From a virus (taxonomy: Duplodnaviria > Heunggongvirae > Uroviricota > Caudoviricetes), in the IMG/VR virus record IMGVR_UViG_3300035696_000002: a stretch of 64,000 nucleotides of DNA. One strand, written 5' to 3'. A program made the position numbers and the translations under genes. The first letter of the stretch is position 1. Each line of letters opens with the position of its first letter. Positions 18,115 through 27,945 of this stretch are shown piece after piece. The notes beneath the pieces are model-generated. The model saw only the letters and a list, made by a program, of their open reading frames with translations. It had not been told where the DNA came from and ran no database searches.

Positions 18115-18391
18115 CTTCGTTTCCCCCTGCTTTTTCCGGGCCGATGGGGTTTACTGCGAGGGCGGCTACCTGTGCTATGCCGACCCCAAGTACACCGTTG
18201 GTGTTGGGGAGTCCCTTAGACAGGCCCGTGTCATGGTGGAGGGGGAGCCCGTTACCTGCACTTGCTGCGAAGGCCGGGGTGTGATCCTCACACCGTTGGG
18301 GAAAGACATGCTGACGTTTATCAAGGTCTTCGGGCGATCTGAATTTCGCGATTTGGTTGATGAATTGTTTGAGGAGCGAGAGCAGCGGTAA
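18095..18391 (+). CDS. Zn-finger hypothetical protein
   Basis: CxxCxGxG motif. Confidence 0.55.
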   Translation: MTTSSSSFVSPCFFRADGVYCEGGYLCYADPKYTVGVGESLRQARVMVEGEPVTCTCCEGRGVILTPLGKDMLTFIKVFGRSEFRDLVDELFEEREQR

Positions 18392-18588
18392 TGTCCCGAT
18401 TCGACGATCTACCTTACGACGATCTTGAGTACGACTACCCCGAGGATTTCCACGACGTGCCCGAGGAAGATGACGTGCCGGAAGTTGCACCGCACACTGA
18501 GGCCGACGACATCTGCAAGACATGCGACGGCACTGGCGAAGTGCACGAGCACCTATGCAAGGACTGCGGGGGCAAAGGATACCGATGA
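18391..18588 (+). CDS. acidic protein with DnaJ-type CxxCxGxG repeats
   Basis: CKTCDGTG, CKDCGGKG. Confidence 0.6.
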   Translation: MSRFDDLPYDDLEYDYPEDFHDVPEEDDVPEVAPHTEADDICKTCDGTGEVHEHLCKDCGGKGYR

Positions 18589-19097
18589 TGATGAAATCGA
18601 AGTACGCCCACATTGAAGTCGAGATGCGAGTTACGTCCCCCTACGTCTACGACATGAAGGACGAGCTACGCCGGATACAGCGTGAATGGAAAGCAAACGA
18701 GGGCCGGGGCACCGGAGCACCCATCGTTGACAACTTCGTCCATTCTCGCCGGAGCGAAGGCAAGACTACGGCCTTGGTTGAGTTCATCGCCGAACGGCAT
18801 TTGACCCTCCGTGCCCCGCAAGTATGCGGTGTGGTTTCGCCGAGCGTTGACATGGCCGTCCATTTTGAACGCATGTTCCACGAGATGTTTCCCCAGATCA
18901 GGCTGCCGCGAGTCGTATGTGCGGAAGATGCCCGGAGCCGAATCGAGGGAGCATTCAGGGCCGACCACGATGTCGTTGAAGTCTATGCTGATGAAATGCT
19001 GATGATGGAGCCCCGATTCATCAAGAGCATTCAGAACTTCGTGGCTGGCGTCGGCACCATCGAACGGGCCACGGCTCTGCGGCTGGATCGCTGGTAA
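18585..19097 (+). CDS. small P-loop protein
   Basis: RRSEGKTT Walker A-like; VYADE Walker B-like. Confidence 0.55.
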   Translation: MMMKSKYAHIEVEMRVTSPYVYDMKDELRRIQREWKANEGRGTGAPIVDNFVHSRRSEGKTTALVEFIAERHLTLRAPQVCGVVSPSVDMAVHFERMFHEMFPQIRLPRVVCAEDARSRIEGAFRADHDVVEVYADEMLMMEPRFIKSIQNFVAGVGTIERATALRLDRW

Positions 19098-19274
19098 TGG
19101 AAAAGCGGATCACGATCAACGAAAACGGCACCGTGACCGAAGCGACGATCATGAATCTGGGCGAAGGTCGCCTGTTCATCAATGGCGTCGATTTGGGCCG
19201 GGTGACGCAGGTCGAACTCACCATGAACACCCGCACAGAGCCCCTAATCCCTGAAAAATAAAGGCTTTACCCAC

Positions 19275-19304
19275 TAGCCAAAACGACTCCAGAACCCGTA
19301 TACT
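19275..19304 (+). promoter_or_regulatory. class I phage promoter
   Basis: TAGCCA-N18-TATACT-N6-ATG. Confidence 0.7.
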
Positions 19305-19310
19305 GTAGGT

Positions 19311-19760
19311 ATGAGCGACGCCTACCGACAAGAGATGCAGTATCTTGAGGCCGAACGGGCTGATGGAATTGCCGCCCTTCGTGCAGAAGAGAACCGCTGG
19401 AAATTCAGCGTTGAATCCGATCTGGCTGTCGTGGGTCACAATCCTGAAAACGCCGACATGAGCAACCCGTCCGGCGAAATCATCCAACATCGCTATTTCA
19501 TGGTCGCTACTGATGGCCTCGGCTATCAGAAGCGTTACGGCTACGAGAAGTCGCCCGAAGCCGCCGAACTCGTGTTCCAGCTTTTCGCACCCCCGGTCTC
19601 TGAGTGGCTGGACTGGCGTTGCGTGTACGGCTCTTTCGCGTATGAAATCGAGGGCTGTGAAGTCGCCCAACTTGCCGACGAAATGGAAGCCGATCTCGGG
19701 CCGAATTGGATGGTACAGGCTCCCGAAATCGCCGCTATCGTTTCCGCAGGGGGCCGCTAA
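19311..19760 (+). CDS. hypothetical protein (leaderless)
   Basis: follows class I promoter. Confidence 0.7.
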   Translation: MSDAYRQEMQYLEAERADGIAALRAEENRWKFSVESDLAVVGHNPENADMSNPSGEIIQHRYFMVATDGLGYQKRYGYEKSPEAAELVFQLFAPPVSEWLDWRCVYGSFAYEIEGCEVAQLADEMEADLGPNWMVQAPEIAAIVSAGGR

Positions 19761-20038
19761 TGGCGAAGGGCAAAGCAAAATTCGCACGCTTCGTAGTCCG
19801 CAAGGATGGCGGTCTCATGCTTGGGAAGTCCTTCGGCGGTCTCCTGAAACCCAACCGCGTGTACCAGATCGACACGGTTTTGGACGAGTTGATTATCCGC
19901 GACATGGGGCCGTCCTGCATCGACACAGGCGTACCCGAAGTGACTTGGAATCGCACCGCCAATGATCTCGTGACGAATGGGCACCACCTGCACACCGTCG
20001 AGGAGTACAAAATTCTCTGTGAACGAGGCAAGCGATGA
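19760..20038 (+). CDS. hypothetical protein
   Basis: TAATG coupling. Confidence 0.6.
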   Translation: MAKGKAKFARFVVRKDGGLMLGKSFGGLLKPNRVYQIDTVLDELIIRDMGPSCIDTGVPEVTWNRTANDLVTNGHHLHTVEEYKILCERGKR

Positions 20039-20289
20039 ACTACACAGAAGCACGTACCCTCTATTTCGACTCCGCCCGGTTCTGGCTCGAACGAGTCCAA
20101 CAGGCCGATAGTCAGACGGTCGAAGATGTCCTCGCGATCATGGACTGGAAGCAGGAGCACAAAGACATCCGGTGGGCGGCTCACCATGGCCGGGCTCAGG
20201 TCTACGCCTCAGCCATCATCCGGGCAAACGTGGTCTTGGCCGAACTCAACATGCGGCGTGCGGTCATCGCCGAACGGAGCATCGCATAA
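20035..20289 (+). CDS. hypothetical protein
   Basis: ATGA overlap. Confidence 0.6.
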   Translation: MNYTEARTLYFDSARFWLERVQQADSQTVEDVLAIMDWKQEHKDIRWAAHHGRAQVYASAIIRANVVLAELNMRRAVIAERSIA

Positions 20290-20441
20290 TGAAAACCCAC
20301 GGCACCAATCGCGACGGAGAAGCTTTGTGCGGACAGGCGAACCCCAAGCTGGTACTGTCGCCCAAGCTGGTGACGTGCAAGCGTTGCCTGAAAGTCATGA
20401 CCAAGGTAGTTTTCAACCAACTTTTTCGAGGGGGCAAATAA
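20289..20441 (+). CDS. small Zn-finger protein
   Basis: H...LCG...VTCKRC. Confidence 0.5.
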   Translation: MKTHGTNRDGEALCGQANPKLVLSPKLVTCKRCLKVMTKVVFNQLFRGGK

Positions 20442-20734
20442 TGGCGTACATGTCCTTCACACCTGAGCAGTGCCGCATCGCCAAGCAACTCGCCCGGCAG
20501 CTTTCCCGCATCGCGGGTATCGCCGGGGACAACGAACTCTACATGGGCAACGGCGGCGACATCGGCTCCATGTTGGGCGGCATCGTGACCGAACTCGAAG
20601 ATATCGCGAACTCGACGCCAGCGGCGAAGCACGACCCGGCGAAGTGCACTTGGCCGTGTGAAGTGTGTGCCGACAGCGACCCCAAGTATTTCGAGAAGCA
20701 GAAGGCCTTGGGGAATACCTTGGAGGCTCGTTGA
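20441..20734 (+). CDS. hypothetical protein
   Basis: TAATG coupling. Confidence 0.6.
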   Translation: MAYMSFTPEQCRIAKQLARQLSRIAGIAGDNELYMGNGGDIGSMLGGIVTELEDIANSTPAAKHDPAKCTWPCEVCADSDPKYFEKQKALGNTLEAR

Positions 20735-21033
20735 GCACAGCATCAAAGGTCGCAGAACATAAAGCCAAACACCCGGAGTTGTACTGCCCGACGAAGCGTT
20801 GCTTGTGGCACACCGGGGGTGGGCATTGTCCGCGACACGCACCGAAGGCGGAAGTGGTTTGGTCGCAGGGCAGCATCACTGGCGACCCGTATCCGGTGCT
20901 CAGAATCCGTACAGGGCGGCAGAGTCAGGGCCGGGATTACATCACGCTCCAGATGACCTGTTCGTCCTACGAGGAAGATCGCGTTGCTGCGTGCAAGGAT
21001 TTGGAATCTATCGCGGAGGCAATCAATGGGTAA
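20731..21033 (+). CDS. hypothetical protein
   Basis: GGAGG RBS; TTG start. Confidence 0.55.
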   Translation: MSTASKVAEHKAKHPELYCPTKRCLWHTGGGHCPRHAPKAEVVWSQGSITGDPYPVLRIRTGRQSQGRDYITLQMTCSSYEEDRVAACKDLESIAEAING

Positions 21034-21340
21034 GGTCGAGTACGAATTTCACCACAGCAATGGTTTCGGCAAGGGGCACAGCGTGCACGTTGGCGTCACC
21101 ACCAACTGCTACGGCAAGAGCCTCAGCTTCATCAACGAACTGGCTCACAAGTTGCGGACATCCATCCCATTCCCCTACAATGAAGAGAGTGAGCCCGGCG
21201 TAGTTGTCCTTGGCGGCAACCGCAAGAAGGGCATGATTAGTGTCGAAATGGGAATCACTTTCGCCATCACCGAGGCGGAAGCCCGGAAATGTTTTGAGGC
21301 CGCTGGTTGGTTCAGCGACATGGAACCGACCGCTGCATAG
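21026..21340 (+). CDS. hypothetical protein
   Basis: GGAGG RBS. Confidence 0.6.
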   Translation: MGKVEYEFHHSNGFGKGHSVHVGVTTNCYGKSLSFINELAHKLRTSIPFPYNEESEPGVVVLGGNRKKGMISVEMGITFAITEAEARKCFEAAGWFSDMEPTAA

Positions 21341-21347
21341 GAGGAGT

Positions 21348-21878
21348 ATGAAAAATCGCAACAAGCAGATTGCCCTCGTCGCTGAGATCGTTCATCTGGC
21401 GTATGAGCTAGTTGACGCCCGTGCGGAAGTGCGGAAGCGTGAGGCCATGCTGGCTCCCGGTGCAACCTTTTGCCTCAAGCACTACGAGGAAATCACCAAG
21501 AAGCTGCAACGATACCAGCATCAACGTGACTACGTCCTTGACAGGCTGGACAAGAAAGTTCCAGCACTGGCGAAGGCCGGGTATCTGCACCTGAAACCCT
21601 TGGTGCGTCCGGCACGCCCGGCATTGAAGCCATGGATCGAAGTCTATTGGGACGACGCTGGTATCCGGGGCGGCAAACGCGGCTGCTGGCGTGCTCGTGT
21701 CCGCAAAGACCACAGGTACCACGCGGCTGGCCAGACATGGCGTGAGGCGATCAGCGACTTGCTCCTCACGCTCAAGAGCCTCGACAAGAAGTACCACAAG
21801 AGTGATTACCGCTATGTTATGCTGGATTACGATCTCCGGCAGCAAGGCGAGGATCACGGCATCGCAATCACCCTATGA
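21348..21878 (+). CDS. hypothetical protein
   Basis: AGGAGG RBS. Confidence 0.65.
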   Translation: MKNRNKQIALVAEIVHLAYELVDARAEVRKREAMLAPGATFCLKHYEEITKKLQRYQHQRDYVLDRLDKKVPALAKAGYLHLKPLVRPARPALKPWIEVYWDDAGIRGGKRGCWRARVRKDHRYHAAGQTWREAISDLLLTLKSLDKKYHKSDYRYVMLDYDLRQQGEDHGIAITL

Positions 21879-22276
21879 AAACCATCAAGCTGTCCATTAG
21901 TCAACTCCGGCGTCTTGAGGAAGAGGGCCGTCTCTGCCTCACTGCGAAAGATGCTTCCCAAACCCAATACGGATTGCCAGCAACGGAACAGATTGAAATT
22001 CTGCTGGACAAACCCACGACCGTGGCTACCGGGGCCGAGATTCGAGATTTCTTCGACAACGGTTGGGACATGGACTACTACCATGAGGCTGATGACGCTA
22101 AGATTCAGATTCAGGACGATCTCGGCAAATGGCTTCTGGACGACGCAAAAACCTACGACGTATCCGATCTCGGTTGGCTTTGCTGGCAGGGGAATCCGAG
22201 CACCCCGGAAGAGGCTGGCAAGCCGGGCAGTATGACATTCGAGGAGGCCTTCCTGAAATGGCGGAGCAGAAAGTAA
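21875..22276 (+). CDS. hypothetical protein
   Basis: ATGA overlap. Confidence 0.65.
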   Translation: MKTIKLSISQLRRLEEEGRLCLTAKDASQTQYGLPATEQIEILLDKPTTVATGAEIRDFFDNGWDMDYYHEADDAKIQIQDDLGKWLLDDAKTYDVSDLGWLCWQGNPSTPEEAGKPGSMTFEEAFLKWRSRK

Positions 22277-22596
22277 GTCAGTACGAGCAGGAGCGGCGAG
22301 ACAACGAAAACCTGTTGTTCGATCTGTCGGTCAAGACTCACGTACCGTCGAAGTATCGCGTAGTCGATCTGGAAACCGGGGACATCTGGAAGTACGACGG
22401 CACCGCGACGAAGTGGACTCGTGCGGACGACATCAGCGTAATCGACCACACGGACGTGCCGGGCGGGATTGAAATCCTGAACGCCAACCGTACTCCGTTG
22501 GTTGGGCCGTTTCCGAAATCTGTCAGGGTTCGCGATTCGCACGATGCGGTCTGCAAGAACCCCCCGAATTGCAAGGGCAATTGCTATGAGTATTGA
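22258..22596 (+). CDS. hypothetical protein
   Basis: GGAGG upstream. Confidence 0.55.
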   Translation: MAEQKVSQYEQERRDNENLLFDLSVKTHVPSKYRVVDLETGDIWKYDGTATKWTRADDISVIDHTDVPGGIEILNANRTPLVGPFPKSVRVRDSHDAVCKNPPNCKGNCYEY

Positions 22597-22939
22597 GACC
22601 AAGCCGACACTCATGTACTGCGAACTGACCACGAACCACAAAGGTCAGCCGTACATGCAGTTCTTTTTTCAAAGCAAGTTGCAAGTTCGCATGTGTGTCG
22701 GCGACCCCAAGGTCGGCAAGTACCTGCAAGTTGAGATCACAAAAGGTGACCACAACATTCCAGACGGCTATTGGGGCTGGTGGAACATCGAGACGCAGCG
22801 ATTTGAAATGGTGTTCGCGTCCAAGGTACAGGTGGAGGTTTGTTTCCCCTACGGCTCCAAGGCCGAAGAGGATCGGGGCCGGGGCAAGCTGCTCCCGCTG
22901 AACGTGCGAGTGATCGGAGAAGTTGACATCAATGGCTGA
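22586..22939 (+). CDS. hypothetical protein
   Basis: ORF track. Confidence 0.65.
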   Translation: MSIETKPTLMYCELTTNHKGQPYMQFFFQSKLQVRMCVGDPKVGKYLQVEITKGDHNIPDGYWGWWNIETQRFEMVFASKVQVEVCFPYGSKAEEDRGRGKLLPLNVRVIGEVDING

Positions 22940-23264
22940 GATCGGCAAATACGACGTTCAGGGCCTCATCGACGCTTGGGCCAGTGGTACCACGCACCAC
23001 CACATTACGTCGGTGTTTGCCCAAAGCAAGAACTTCGTAGTGTTCCGGGTTGAGGGGCACAAGTACTGGAGCGGTCTCGGCCAACCCTTTGCTTACGCCC
23101 CTGTCACCTACGTTCTGGTACCAAAGGGTATTGACGGATGGCGTGCTCCCCGTAGAGAATGGGAAGGTAGGCTCACGAAGGCGAAAGAGCGGGAGATTCG
23201 GGAAGTGCTGCAAGCCAGCGAGGATGCTGGCTATGTGTGCGGTTGGCGAGTGGAGGCGAAGTGA
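22932..23264 (+). CDS. hypothetical protein
   Basis: ORF track. Confidence 0.6.
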   Translation: MAEIGKYDVQGLIDAWASGTTHHHITSVFAQSKNFVVFRVEGHKYWSGLGQPFAYAPVTYVLVPKGIDGWRAPRREWEGRLTKAKEREIREVLQASEDAGYVCGWRVEAK

Positions 23265-23623
23265 GCAGGGTCATTCCGGGAATTCAAGGCGTGCCGTTCC
23301 GCAAGGTGACGGACAAAAAGTCGAATGGGCGATGGCACGTGCTTGAGACGCTGGAGTGCGGCCACACTGTTGACCATCTGGTGGAGGAATGGCATCCGGC
23401 GACGAAGCGTCGCTGCTACACCTGCAAGTGGCAAGCCGATCATCCGAAACCAAAGGCGAAAAAGAAAGTGAAACTGCCGACTGAGCGAATCAGTTCCGAT
23501 GCGGCGATGGTCAGGTATGACGCCGACTTCAAGATCGCACAGCGGGATGGTACGCCCCTGTTCACGTTCTCCGGCTGGCTGGCTGAGCATCCAGAAATCG
23601 AGTTGCTAGATGAGGGGTTTTGA
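23261..23623 (+). CDS. Zn-ribbon hypothetical protein
   Basis: LECGH...CYTC. Confidence 0.6.
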   Translation: MSRVIPGIQGVPFRKVTDKKSNGRWHVLETLECGHTVDHLVEEWHPATKRRCYTCKWQADHPKPKAKKKVKLPTERISSDAAMVRYDADFKIAQRDGTPLFTFSGWLAEHPEIELLDEGF

Positions 23624-24038
23624 ATTGAATCGTAAACATAAACCGCAGAAATATCCACATCTTCGGGCTGCCTTGGAACAGCAGTACGGGCTCGTTCTCA
23701 CGGCCCGGCAGTTGGAGAAGTTGGCGACAGACCCGAGAGAGAAGCGGGACTTAAAGATTGACTCCACCGACACCGCGACTCGGGAAGTGTTTGGCACTCT
23801 CGTTGTGTGGGATGTCCTCGGCAAGGGCCGCAATTGGCCCGTCAACGGCGACGGTTTCGAGTATGCTGACGGATTCTACCTCGAATTCTTTCCGGCAGCA
23901 AAACGCAAGGGCTACAAAGTCCTTGACGCAATCATGGCCGACCTCTTCACCCGGCGTGACGCCCGAATCAAAAGACTCCAAGCACAAATGGTTGAGGCGA
24001 CTAAAGAAATCAATCGACTTCTCATGGAGGAATTTTAA
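23610..24038 (+). CDS. hypothetical protein
   Basis: ORF track. Confidence 0.6.
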   Translation: MRGFELNRKHKPQKYPHLRAALEQQYGLVLTARQLEKLATDPREKRDLKIDSTDTATREVFGTLVVWDVLGKGRNWPVNGDGFEYADGFYLEFFPAAKRKGYKVLDAIMADLFTRRDARIKRLQAQMVEATKEINRLLMEEF

Positions 24039-24397
24039 TGCCATCAGTTCTGGTCGTCGATGACGATGCCGATCTGCGAAAGCCGCTGGTGATGTTCCTC
24101 GAAGCCCATGGCTTCAAGGTTGCTGAGGCCAAGGACGGTGTTGAGGCCGTACACCTTTTCCGCCACGTAGAGAACGTTGTCGGGGAGAACCCGTTTGACT
24201 TCGTCGTGAGCGACTATCAGATGCCGCGAATGAACGGCGTGCTGTTGCTCATGGAACTTCGTCATCTGGAGCCGACGCAGAAAATGGTTTTGATGTCTGC
24301 CGACCCACCGAAGCTGCCGCAGGAGATCGCAGACATTCCAGTGATGCACAAGCCGTTCCGGTTGAAGGAACTGGTTGAGTTGCTGACCAAACTTTAG
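24038..24397 (+). CDS. stand-alone response regulator receiver (CheY-like)
   Basis: VLVVDDD, SDYQMPRMNG, MSA, KPF. Confidence 0.9.
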   Translation: MPSVLVVDDDADLRKPLVMFLEAHGFKVAEAKDGVEAVHLFRHVENVVGENPFDFVVSDYQMPRMNGVLLLMELRHLEPTQKMVLMSADPPKLPQEIADIPVMHKPFRLKELVELLTKL

Positions 24398-24427
24398 GAG
24401 TCAAATCCAAACGAGGAGGAACGTGAG

Positions 24428-24655
24428 ATGGCAAAGGACGATGCAGTCCGAAACCAGAAAGCGTTCATCCGCTTATCCTCTGTGCTCGAACTCCAGAGGC
24501 GGTATAGCCAAGCCGTCGCTGAGTACGAACGCAAGAGGAAGGACGCGGTGCCGGGTCAAGTCGTTGACCATGTCGCCCCGGCCCTGATGCGGAAGAACAC
24601 CCTTGAGCAGGTCATTGAACTGCTCGAATTACCCATCCAAACGCTAGGTAACTAG
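24428..24655 (+). CDS. hypothetical protein
   Basis: GGAGGA RBS. Confidence 0.6.
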   Translation: MAKDDAVRNQKAFIRLSSVLELQRRYSQAVAEYERKRKDAVPGQVVDHVAPALMRKNTLEQVIELLELPIQTLGN

Positions 24656-24677
24656 CTGAAACCACTGGGGATAGGTC

Positions 24678-24707
24678 TGGCCAAAACAGGCCTGTCCCCG
24701 GTATACT
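24678..24707 (+). promoter_or_regulatory. class I phage promoter
   Basis: TGGCCA-N18-TATACT-N6-ATG. Confidence 0.7.
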
Positions 24708-24713
24708 ATAGGC

Positions 24714-25343
24714 ATGGAACTTCAAACAGCCCAAACGTTGGCCCTGCGGCTGATGAAAGAGTTTGGTCTGATGGACGGCCCCCGTGCCCTCCACTATGGG
24801 ATGCACCGCCCATGGTCGTTCCAGTTCGACAATCGCAAAAAGCGATTTGGTTCTTGCAGCGAATCCCGCCGCACGATCAGCTTGTCCGCCCCGCTCACCC
24901 GGCTGAACGATGACGCCACGGTCGAGGATTGCATCCGTCACGAAATCGCCCACGCTCTGGCTGGACACAAGGCCGGGCATGGTCTCCTCTGGAAATCCTA
25001 TTGCCGCACCACTGGTGCCGATCCGAGCCGCTGCTACGAAATCGCCAAGGTCAATCGCCCGGAAGGCGACTGGCAAGCTGCGTGCCCCGGCTGCAAGACG
25101 ATGCACTACATGTTCCGCAAGCCGAAGCGTAACGGCACCACGGCGTGTGTTTCGTGCTGCCGCAAGTACGCCGGAGGCAAATTTTCGAATCGCTTCCTGC
25201 TGGTCTACTACCACAAGAGCACGGGCATGGCGAAATCCATCGCCTCGTATCAGCCGAAGAACAACACCCCGGCCCCGGCTGACCGGACTGCTGAGATTGA
25301 AGCCATGAAGAAACGAATTCTGGAACTCGGGGGGATGCTCTAA
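24714..25343 (+). CDS. SprT-like zinc metalloprotease
   Basis: HEIAH, HG..W, CPGC...CVSC. Confidence 0.85.
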   Translation: MELQTAQTLALRLMKEFGLMDGPRALHYGMHRPWSFQFDNRKKRFGSCSESRRTISLSAPLTRLNDDATVEDCIRHEIAHALAGHKAGHGLLWKSYCRTTGADPSRCYEIAKVNRPEGDWQAACPGCKTMHYMFRKPKRNGTTACVSCCRKYAGGKFSNRFLLVYYHKSTGMAKSIASYQPKNNTPAPADRTAEIEAMKKRILELGGML

Positions 25344-25870
25344 TGTCGGACTGCTCAAATTGTGGTGATTACAACAACGAATTCTTTCGCATGTTCGCGA
25401 CGGAGTTTAACGTTGCCGAGGCAAACAAGCTGGTGGTCGAGGGCCGCGAAACTCGTGTGGTGCCGGAAGCTTTCCTCCGCAGCGTCGGTCTGCCGCTTGA
25501 CCCGGTGAAGTGCCTGAACTGTTCCGCCCCGGTCGATGACTGCACGTGCGGCAAAACATCGCACCACATTTCCATGGTGCACATCAACGAAAAGCATCTG
25601 GCTCACTTGCAAGACCCGAATCGCCCCGGCATCATTGCGATGCTGCTCTGGAAAAAGCCGCAGGGCGATTCGAATGCCGCGAAGTGTTCGGCGATCCTGA
25701 TCGACGGCAATCATCGGGCGGTGCGTGCGTTCCGCGAGGGCCGCGAATTCCGGGCGATCATGCTGACGCCGCAGGAGACTTGGAAGATCATGTCCGGCCA
25801 CACGTCGGCTTGTTTGAACCCGAACACGAAGGCTGGCAAGGCCCGGCTGGCAGAATTGGGTTGGAGCTAA
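25343..25870 (+). CDS. ParB/Srx-like domain protein
   Basis: LIDGNHRAVRA. Confidence 0.6.
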   Translation: MSDCSNCGDYNNEFFRMFATEFNVAEANKLVVEGRETRVVPEAFLRSVGLPLDPVKCLNCSAPVDDCTCGKTSHHISMVHINEKHLAHLQDPNRPGIIAMLLWKKPQGDSNAAKCSAILIDGNHRAVRAFREGREFRAIMLTPQETWKIMSGHTSACLNPNTKAGKARLAELGWS

Positions 25871-26256
25871 TGACCAGCACTGCCACATTCGCGAGGCGGC
25901 ATGGGGTACTGGAGGCTTTTACGTTCAAAGGTCAGTACTATGGCACCCCCGAAGGCACGCCGTGCCGGGGCTGCGGCAGCCTGACTCGCCAGTGCTTCAA
26001 TGTCCGTACCGCTGGCGACCGTGCCGTGGTGATTGGCCCCTGTTGCTTCAAACACTTCCGGCTAAAGAACCCGGTCGTGTTCGCTCAGTTGCAAGCTGCA
26101 AAGTTCTTGCTCGAAGCCGTTTCGGCGGCTATAGTAGCAGATACGAAGCGTTATGCTCCCCTGTCCAAGGTTGAAGCGTGTCAGAAGCAGGTACGATTTC
26201 ACGAACGCGAAATTGCCCGGCTGAAACGTCAAATGAACAAAATTTCAGTATCTTAG
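25870..26256 (+). CDS. hypothetical protein
   Basis: TAATG coupling. Confidence 0.55.
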   Translation: MTSTATFARRHGVLEAFTFKGQYYGTPEGTPCRGCGSLTRQCFNVRTAGDRAVVIGPCCFKHFRLKNPVVFAQLQAAKFLLEAVSAAIVADTKRYAPLSKVEACQKQVRFHEREIARLKRQMNKISVS

Positions 26257-26269
26257 GAGAGAGCAGATT

Positions 26270-26575
26270 ATGGAGCCCAAACTTCGCTTCCGACTCAATG
26301 GCGAGATCATCCCCGAGATCGACATCCGCTACGTCATCGTAGACGGCTATCCCACGGGCGACCGCGAGATCGCGGTGAAGGACGAAGCCCTCGGCTGGTT
26401 CACCATCGACGACAACACGAATTTGTGGGATAATGATCTTCCGAAGTTCGTGCTAGAATACCGGAACGAGAGCGTCCCGGCAGAGATTCGCCGGACGTTG
26501 CCGAACCGTGGATGGGTGCAGGTCACCACAAAAGAACTGCTCAACGTTTTACAAGCTACCGGGGTCATTCAGTAG
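26270..26575 (+). CDS. hypothetical protein
   Basis: AGGAG RBS. Confidence 0.65.
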   Translation: MEPKLRFRLNGEIIPEIDIRYVIVDGYPTGDREIAVKDEALGWFTIDDNTNLWDNDLPKFVLEYRNESVPAEIRRTLPNRGWVQVTTKELLNVLQATGVIQ

Positions 26576-26587
26576 AGGAAGCAAAGC

Positions 26588-26809
26588 ATGCCGTTTTTTG
26601 ACGACGAAGAAGAGCAGCTAGAGGAAGATCAGGGCTACTACCCGGAAGATGAAGAAACCGACCCGGAAGAGGTAGACCCCGACGAGGAAGAGGAAGAAGA
26701 GGGCGAAGAGACCCTTGAAGAACTCGACTTCGATGAGCGTGGCCACATCAAGACCGGGCGTCGCCGCAACGGGTTCGAGCCTGATCCATGGGGCGAAGAT
26801 TACAACTAG
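26588..26809 (+). CDS. highly acidic small protein
   Basis: long D/E runs. Confidence 0.6.
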   Translation: MPFFDDEEEQLEEDQGYYPEDEETDPEEVDPDEEEEEEGEETLEELDFDERGHIKTGRRRNGFEPDPWGEDYN

Positions 26810-27190
26810 ATGGCGTCCTTTGAGGAGCATTGCCGGGACTGTGAGCGGCTGTTGGGCAACCGCTGTGAGCCAGTCAATCGCTGGCTGGACGAAAAGTTCC
26901 GGCAGTTCGGCCCTCTTCACCGTTTCGCCCGGCACCACTGGCGTGGCGTAGACGAAGCTGGCAAGCTATTCGGCGATATCGGGCGTAAAGCAGCCATCGT
27001 CCACATTTTGAAAGACTGCGGTCATATCCCCACCGACCGCGATTGGAAAGAAGAAAAAGTAGATTCACTTGGCTTCAAAGTTTCACGGCCTTACGGCGAG
27101 GGGCCGACAGTTGAACTCGTGAGCGTATTCAATGGGTATTGGGACGCGAAGGAATTCACGGCAGCCGCAACCGAACTGCTGAAAGGCTAA
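26810..27190 (+). CDS. His-rich hypothetical protein (DUF6915-like)
   Basis: HRFARHH...HILKD. Confidence 0.6.
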   Translation: MASFEEHCRDCERLLGNRCEPVNRWLDEKFRQFGPLHRFARHHWRGVDEAGKLFGDIGRKAAIVHILKDCGHIPTDRDWKEEKVDSLGFKVSRPYGEGPTVELVSVFNGYWDAKEFTAAATELLKG

Positions 27191-27192
27191 CC

Positions 27193-27489
27193 ATGACGAA
27201 GAGTCGGCTATTTCTGATAGCGGCAAGCGTACTGGCGATCACCCTGTGCACCTTTCGGATCACAATGGCTGTGATGAACTACCGCAAGGTTCAGGAACTC
27301 ACCGCGAAGCGTGATGAACTGCTCAAGCAGAACGAATTGCGTAAACAGTGGGCCGATCACCTTGAACAGAACCCTCCCCCGATTCCTCCCCCGGCTGTCC
27401 CGCCAACATTCGCACCTGTAGAACCCTCAGAGCGATTCAACGTGTGCGTCGATGAGCAGTGCAAATTGCGACAAGTCAGCCGGATATGA
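27193..27489 (+). CDS. membrane-anchored coiled-coil protein
   Basis: N-terminal hydrophobic helix. Confidence 0.55.
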   Translation: MTKSRLFLIAASVLAITLCTFRITMAVMNYRKVQELTAKRDELLKQNELRKQWADHLEQNPPPIPPPAVPPTFAPVEPSERFNVCVDEQCKLRQVSRI

Positions 27490-27755
27490 CCCGAAGCCTA
27501 TACGACGCGATAGCGACTGAGATCAAGGCTCCGGCTCTGGCTGCCCTTGCCGAAGTCCTCCAGCCTGTAGCCGCCGATATCCGCCTCAGCTACGGTAAAG
27601 AGCCCGAGACTTGGTGCCATGGCCCACAGTTCGCGTGGGGCGTCCCCATTCGTAATCTTCTGCGTAAGCAAGGGTATGATGAAAAATATTTCGGCGTCCC
27701 TAACCTCGACGACATCTACGTGTTCCTTGTCGAGGATGCGTTGAAACTTCACTAG
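27486..27755 (+). CDS. hypothetical protein
   Basis: ATGA overlap. Confidence 0.6.
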   Translation: MTRSLYDAIATEIKAPALAALAEVLQPVAADIRLSYGKEPETWCHGPQFAWGVPIRNLLRKQGYDEKYFGVPNLDDIYVFLVEDALKLH

Positions 27756-27786
27756 ATTTGCAGTATTATCTAGGTGGAGGCCTACC

Positions 27787-27945
27787 ATGTACGGAATGAC
27801 TGATGATCTGGTCGCCGAACGCGAAGATAACAAAGTCCTGAGAGCGATGATTAAGCGGCTTCTGGTCTACGCTCCAGCCGACGTGCGGGAGATGGCCATT
27901 GAAACTCTTAAGGCAAAGAACCTATTGCCAGACGGCGTAGAATGA
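27787..27945 (+). CDS. 52-aa hypothetical protein (not in ORF track)
   Basis: GGAGG RBS after CAGTATT motif. Confidence 0.5.
   Translation: MYGMTDDLVAEREDNKVLRAMIKRLLVYAPADVREMAIETLKAKNLLPDGVE

Noticed and set aside
18585-19097. Terminase large subunit
   Set aside because: Only 170 aa with a P-loop; no nuclease domain or packaging genes nearby
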